Shown here: positions 20,662 to 27,433 of the stretch, piece after piece
Layout of the letters: each line of letters opens with the position of its first letter
How positions within the stretch are numbered: position 1 is the stretch's first letter
Assembly: GCF_006345805.1 (NCBI RefSeq)
Contig: NW_021833331.1
Coordinates: 1-27,433, forward strand
Direction of reading: 5' to 3'
Length of the DNA: 27,433 nt
Source: Octopus sinensis
Lineage: Eukaryota
Program-made: the position numbers and the translations under genes
Notes under the pieces: generated by a model
Told to the model about the DNA's origin: nothing
Databases searched by the model: none
The model's input: the letters and a program-made list of their open reading frames with translations, nothing else

Positions 20662-20789
20662 AACAGCAACAGTAACAGCAACAGCAACAGCAGCAACAAC
20701 AACAATTATCACTGTTACAATAAGAAAGGTGACTGCAATAACAACTTCAAAGAGAAGAAGAACAACAACAGCAACAACAATCCTTTGTA

Positions 20790-20988
20790 CTATGGGCCCA
20801 AGTCCTGAAATTTGTGGGAAGGGTGTATGTCAATTCCATCGCTCCTCAGTGCCTAACTGGTACTTACTTTACCGACCCCGAAAGGATGAAAGGCAAAGTC
20901 GATCTCGGCGGAATTTGAACTTAGAACGTAAAAGGACGGACGAAATGCCGCTCAGCATTTTGTTCGGAGTGCTAATGATTCTGCCAAA
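20790..20988 (-). mobile_element. SINE family 2
   Basis: TGGTACTTACTTTACCGACCCCGAAAGGATGAAAGGCAAAGTCGATCTCGGCGGAATTTGAACTTAGAACG. Confidence 0.85.
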
Positions 20989-21504
20989 TAACAACAACAG
21001 GAACAACAACAACAACATCAGCAACAACAACCACCACCAATGATACGTTTGTATATTTAAAAACTCAGTGTGAGAAGACAGAAGCTCTGTTTGTCCTTCC
21101 ACTCCACCTACCCCATCACGCCTCCCCTCCAGAAAACCATAAACAAAACAGACAGATGGTCGCTGGAACATTTCTACCATTTTCTATCATCTCACATCTC
21201 CATCCCTGAGCCCCACCCCCACTTCTGCCCACACCTCACCCCTACACCTCAACCCACCCACATGTCACTACCGACGTCGCCTCTCCAGCCCCACATACAA
21301 CGTTTGTTTATTACCTTTGTTTTACCTGAACAACAAGAACAACAACAACGAGGGCGAACGTTAAACCACCCCGCTCCCCCATACCCTTTTTCCTGCCCCC
21401 ACCCCATAGTCAGACCCCGTGACTACCTCTTGTCTATAGAAACAGCTGAGCAAAAAGGGGTGTGACATTGCATAAAACAAAACCGAAAATCATTTCCCTC
21501 CACC

Positions 21505-21612
21505 CCTCATCGTCATCATCGTCGTCATCATCATCATCATCATCATCATCGCGATAAACGTCATCATCGTCGTCGTCACCCTTATCCTCATCATCGTCAT
21601 CATGATGATACT

Positions 21613-21661
<49 letters not shown>

Positions 21662-21663
21662 CC

Positions 21664-21694
<31 letters not shown>

Positions 21695-21718
21695 CCATCA
21701 TCATCATCACATCACCAC

Positions 21719-21752
<34 letters not shown>

Positions 21753-22506
21753 GCGATAAACGTCATCGTCGTCGTCGTCACCCTTATCCTCATCATTGTC
21801 ATCCTGATGATATTATCATCATCATCATCATCATCATCATCACCGCCATAAACATCATAGTTATCGTCGTTGTCGTGGTCGTTGTCATTGTCGTCACCAC
21901 CACCACCACCACCAGCAACAGCAGCAGCAGCAGCACCACCACCACCACCATTGCTGTCACCATCACCACCGTCATCGTCGTCGTCGTCATCATCATCATT
22001 ATCATCATCTTCATCACTGCTACTTCCGCCGCCGTCCCCACGTTCCCCCATCCCAACAACCCCGCCCTTTTCACGAGCCACCGTCTGCTTGCTTAATGGC
22101 GGTCTCATATGAGATCGGTGAGTGTCACAGTGACACGGCTACTTTCTTTTGATGATGCTGATGATGTCGTTTGTGAAACAATAGTAATAGTAGTAGCAAT
22201 AGTATTAGTAGTAGTATAGTAGTAGTAGTAGTGGTGGTGGTGGTGATGGTTCTGGTGATGGTAGTTCTGGTTGTGGTGGTGGTAGTAATAGTAGTAGCAG
22301 CAGTAGTTGTGGTGGTGATGGTTCTGGTCGTGGTGGTTCTGGTCGTGCTGGTGGTAGTAATAGTAGTAGTAGTAGTAGTAGTAGTAGCAGTAGTGACAGT
22401 AGTGGTGGTGGTGATGGTGGTAATAGTAGTGGTAATAGATGTGGTGGTGATGGTTGTAGCAGTAGTGGTGGTGGTGGTGGTAGTAGTTGTGGTAGTATCG
22501 GTGGTG

Positions 22507-22537
<31 letters not shown>

Positions 22538-22540
22538 ATA
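21505..22540. repeat. Opposed triplet arrays: (CAT/CAC)n 21505-22020 and (GAT/GTA/GTG)n 22150-22540
   Basis: Directly visible. Confidence 0.9.
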
Positions 22541-22654
22541 CTTGCAGTTGTTATTTAGCTCCGGTTCCGTCTTAAAGCGTTATAAAATCAAGAGTATTTC
22601 ACCCACGACCATCACGTCTCTTTGTATCACCCCCCCCCCAGGACTCACCCTCCC

Positions 22655-22810
22655 ACCCGTAATTTAGCATTTCGGCACAAGGACCGATGGATGAATTACC
22701 AAACTCAAAATGAAGCGCTGGGTTCGATTTGTTCGACTAAAATTCCCTTCGAGGCGGTGCTCCAGTGTGGCCGCAGTGCAATGACTGAAACAAACAAAAG
22801 ACAAAAAAAA
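22655..22810 (+). mobile_element. Diverged SINE family 1 3' fragment
   Basis: CCCGTAATTTAGC...GATTTGTTCGACTAAA...AGGCGGTGCTCCAGTGTGGCCGCAG...GACTGAAACAA. Confidence 0.75.
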
Positions 22811-23214
22811 ATAATAAATAAATAAAAGATCTCCAGCATCGCCTAACGTGTCCTTTATTTAACTTATTTTTTATGGCAGTAGAATACATTTTGAGGGAGA
22901 TTTGGCTGCTATTCAAAACGATCGAATGTTTCCTTTACCGGTGCTGCTTGGGAGCAGTAAAGATGGCGGTGCAGGCGGCGACGATGGCTATTAGAATTGT
23001 GTTCGTGTGTCTACGTATGTGCGGCGCGTTTGCATGTGTGCATGGACTGCATGTATGCACGTGTTTCTGTATATGGATCCGCGTATGCGTGTATAGATCT
23101 GTACGTGTGTGTGTGTGTGCTTTTGTTTGTGTGAGATGTGATTATGATGAAACCGCTTGCGGTGGTAATGGTTGAGTGACGACGGTGGCGGTTGTGGTGG
23201 TATATGCGTGTGTG

Positions 23215-23246
<32 letters not shown>

Positions 23247-23321
23247 TGTATGTATGTATGTATGTATGCATGTGTGTATGTGTCTGTGTGCGTTTTGTGT
23301 GCTTCTATATATATAAGTGTA

Positions 23322-23780
<459 letters not shown>

Positions 23781-25309
23781 TGTATATATGTTCATATGTA
23801 TATGTGCATGTGTACGCGCGTGTGTGTGTGTGTGTGTGTACCACCTGTCTATGTAAATGAATAATATATAAACAGTACCTTTATATCACAGTCAACACCA
23901 AAGACAGCTGTTGTTGTTGCTGTTGTTGTTGTCATTATTATTGTTGTTTAGGCCCACACAAAATTTGATCGAGATGACAAAATGAAAAGCCACTGAAACA
24001 GTGCCCACCCCGCCTTTGTATTTTATCAAGGATTGTCTAACCCGGATTAGATTAGTGAATGGGTTCTTTATTTTATTTTTATAAGGCGTGAGTGTGTGAT
24101 CTGTTGTTTGAGCAAGATTTAGTTGTTATTTCTAGCAAGTCTAATGACCACAGAGAAGCACCTAAGTTGGTTTCACTGTTGTCATCATCATCGTCGTCGT
24201 TGTTGTCGTTGTTGTTGTTGTTGTTATGGCTATAGTTGTTATTGTTGTTGAAAAATAAAACCCCAGTTTTTGATCTATGTTGATTTTTCCATCATACAAA
24301 CACACACATACACACACATAAACACAAACACATACAACGTAAAGTGCCTTACCTTCGTTCACTCATAAACACACATACAAACGCACAAACGTACACTCAC
24401 AAGCACACACATGTACGCACACACAAAGAAAAATGCCGCATACGCACAAACTCTTAACACACACATACAAAGTAAACCATCGCACCTTCGTTCACTCATA
24501 CACACGTACAAATACACACACATGCACACTCACCTTCATACATACACATGTACACTTGTAATACATATATGTACACATGTTCAATCATTTCTACAATATG
24601 TTGCAAGAACGTCAGGTGCAGATGAAATAAAAAAAAAAACGCAATTTTATCAACCGACATCAAAACGAACATCGGCCATTTTGTTGCCGGAGAGCGCTTG
24701 AATATAACCAGAGGCGGTGATGGATAAAAGGTGTTTTTTTTCGCGGCAGGTGTGCTTGCGTGTGTGCGTGCCAGCATGTATGTGTGTGTATGCGTGTGAA
24801 TGTGTGTGTGTGCGTGTTTTTGTTAGGTGAAAGGAAGGTGAACGAGATTTTCACATTTCTGAACCGCCATCACCACTACCACCGCTGCTGCCACCACCAC
24901 TACTGCTGCTACCACCACCACCACCACCACATACTCAACGCGCCCAATTTCCTTAAGAATCTATATAAATCCGATTCGTGCAAAGAAAAGCCTTCTAAAT
25001 TCAATATTGTATGGTTTGTTTTCTACCCATTTTCTTTTATGTTTTTCATGCTATGAGTAGGGGTAGGTGAGTGGATGGATGGATGGTTGACCAATCGTTG
25101 TTTGTTATTGAATATAAGAATTACAAACAACATCTACAATAAAAAAAACAAAACATCAAAAAAGCCTCATAAAAAAGCATCAAAATGCAGGTATATGTAC
25201 ATCTGTGTACATACGGCTCGAAGAAAATTTATGTAATAAAGATTATTTCTGTTTGTGTATATGTGCGTGCGTGAGTACACATAGGCTTGTGAAGAAGCAC
25301 GTCACCCAT

Positions 25310-25487
25310 CTATCCATCCATCCATCTCTCCATCCACCCATCCATCCATCCATCCATCCATTCACCCATCCATCCATCCATCCATCCACCCATCCATCCA
25401 TCCATCCATCCATCCATCCATCCATCCATCTATCCATCCATCCATCCATCCATCCAACCATCCATCCATCCATCTATCCATCCAGTT
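25310..25487. repeat. (CATC)n tetranucleotide array
   Basis: Directly visible. Confidence 0.95.
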
Positions 25488-25669
25488 ATATACATGCTTA
25501 CACACAGGCGCACACACACACACACACACACACCTATATGTAAACATGTGAGCGTGTGTGTGTGTATACAACTATTTATGTATAAACACTTGGATGTTTA
25601 TATGTATGTACATAGATGCATGTATACAAACGTATGCATATGTGTGTGTGTAGATTGCTAGCCACAACG

Positions 25670-25835
25670 CATTCTTTATTTTCTCGTTTTGTTTCTTTCT
25701 GTCATCCTTTCTGTGGAAGAGCGTAAGCTCGAAAAGTTAGACTTTTTCACTTCCCGAGTGTTAAACTAATACAAATGTTTGTTGTCTACACCACCTGTCT
25801 TCGTCTTTTGTTATTTTTGTGAATTCTCCCTATAT
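25670..25835 (+). mobile_element. Penelope-like terminal-repeat fragment (different family from the adjacent coding PLE)
   Basis: CTGTGGAAGAGCGTAAGCTCGAAA hammerhead-like motif; homologous to 16790-16925. Confidence 0.6.
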
Positions 25836-25846
25836 ATAATTAAATA

Positions 25847-27410
25847 ATGAGGGTAGAAATTGCATACCACCAATCTCAAGTATATAAGTCCATCCGTAAT
25901 CACGCTAGGGCAATTACTAAGAATTTAGTTAAAGACATTTCAGTTAGATTGTCTAAACTATCCGCCAATGTTGACATTTTTAACGACAAGGCAGAATTTT
26001 ATAAATCTGCCTTAGAGTATAAAGGGTATAAAGAAAAAGTTACATACATTGATTCTGCTCAATCTCATCCTTTGTCTACTATTCAAGACAAGAAATCTAG
26101 TTGTAATAAGAAGAGTGATTTTAATTCTAATATTGAAAACAACACAAAACATAATAAAATTCCTTTACGGAGGAAGGGAGGCAAGCCTTATTTAAGCCCA
26201 TTTTTTCACTCTAGAGGTATTTCACCGTTCTTTAAAGATAGTACCACTTACAATTTGACTGTTACTAAGAAAACTGTTTGGTTTGTTATTCCGTATGGAA
26301 AGCAAATTAAATCTAATCTTCCTTTGCAGTTCCGTGAAGTGGTTGGTAAGAACTTTCCCAAAAATTCTAGATATTATTCAATTATTAATTCTCATATAGT
26401 TAGAGTTGCCTTCTCCAACACAAAGAATCTTTCACAAATTATATCTTCTCATAATACCCAGTCTGCAAATAAAAGTTCATTTTCTAGAGTTCCAACATTA
26501 ATTTTGGTAATACCATCCCTTCACATAATAATAATATAATAAATAATAATAATATAATAATAATAATATTAATAAAATAATAGCAATAAATAGTTTTGGT
26601 CTCTGAGGACAACCCACAGAATTAAATTTATGTCTAATAATTCTAAGATTAAGAATTCTATATACCAATGTAAAATTTCTTGCGGTACCGATGTCTACTT
26701 CTACATTGGCGCATCCTCTTCTCAGTTATCTAAGAGAATTTCCAATCATTATTCTTCATTTAGGGATAGCAGTAAACGTTATAGCACAGGGCTAAGTAAA
26801 TTGGTTTGGTATCTTAAAGACAACAATAAAGATTTTAACTTAGATTGGTTCATCTTGTCCATATTTCCCTTATGATAAGGGCAAAGGATTTTGTAACATT
26901 TGCAACTCTGAACTCTTCCATATTCTCTTCTCTAAGAATCACCTTGTTGACACACTTATAGAGAGATCTTACAAATGTAAGCACTGGCAGAAACATACCT
27001 TTAGCTCATATAAGTGATTTTTACCAGTCTTTATAGTTTGAACATTTAGTTCAACTTGCACTTTACTTCTATAGAGAAATCTACTTCCAAGCCTTTGAGT
27101 ATTTTTTAAAACCAATATAGCCCTCTTTATTTGTTCTCTACTTATTATTTATGTACTCCTTGCTTCCTAGGGTCTGCCTTTGACGTCGGATCTACTAACG
27201 GTTTTAAAAAAATACTTAATAGCGTTCTGTTTATCATTTATGCAGTCATCAACATTGTTATAATGTCTTGTTGTTGATATAGGTTCTCTTTCTTTCCTGA
27301 TGAGAAGATTGCATTATTTTACACAGTTTATTCCTTTGGAATAAAACCAATGTTGTCTTCGAAACATATGTCGAAAGTAAAAGTATTTGAATAACATCTG
27401 CGTTCATATT
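25847..27410 (+). mobile_element. Penelope-like element (PLE), 5'-truncated: RT thumb, linker, GIY-YIG endonuclease, 3' repeat
   Basis: RNHARAITKNL..RLSKLS..F..YKSALEYKGY (thumb); WFVIPYGKQIKSNL..KNFPK..RVAFSNTKNLSQIISSHN; SIYQCKI..FYIGAS..SKRISNHYSSF..TGLSKLVWYLKD..DWFIL, then after a frameshift PYDKGKGFCNICNSELFHI...CKHWQKH* (stop at 27017). Motif order fits PLE ORFs; frameshifted. Confidence 0.9.
27292..27377 (+). ncRNA. Minimal type-I hammerhead ribozyme in the PLE 3' repeat
   Basis: CUUUC(stem I)-CUGAUGA-GAAGA...UCUUC(stem II)-GAAA-C AUAU G(stem III, palindromic CAUAUG)-UC|GAAAG(stem I). All conserved core nucleotides are present. Confidence 0.85.
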
Positions 27411-27433
27411 ATATATATATATATATATGAATA

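Noticed and set aside
21602-22575. Poly-His/Ser/Asp/Val ORFs
   Set aside because: Triplet microsatellite read-throughs, open on both strands.
24830-25056. Plus-strand exon after TTTTTGTTAG (GERKVNEIFTFLNR...)
   Set aside because: Runs into a CAC/TAC microsatellite, has no recognisable homology and no well-placed in-frame donor.

Overview
Eukaryotic, repeat-dominated DNA. The SINE families and microsatellite load strongly suggest an octopod cephalopod (Octopus), though this rests on recognition of repeat families and not on a search. No complete host gene, operon or CRISPR array is visible. Most ORFs in the supplied track are read-throughs of (TA)n, (CA)n, (TACA)n or triplet microsatellites. 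What can be supported: a decayed RTE LINE 3' half with C-terminal C2H2-like fingers (1-1620); a second, apparently young RTE-group LINE 3' end (19562-20049); an I/Jockey-like RT fragment (~6240-6505); and a Penelope-like element (RT thumb + GIY-YIG, 25847-27410) whose 3' repeat holds a complete minimal type-I hammerhead ribozyme (27292-27377). Also present: Tc1/mariner relics and MITEs, a hAT MITE with a perfect 8-bp TSD, about 25 copies or fragments of four tRNA-derived SINE families, a 5S rRNA pseudogene, a ~20-bp AT-rich degenerate satellite with an internal inversion, and a 33-bp minisatellite whose units pair a forkhead-type motif with an RFX X-box. One candidate 55-nt minus-strand micro-exon lies between inverted SINEs.
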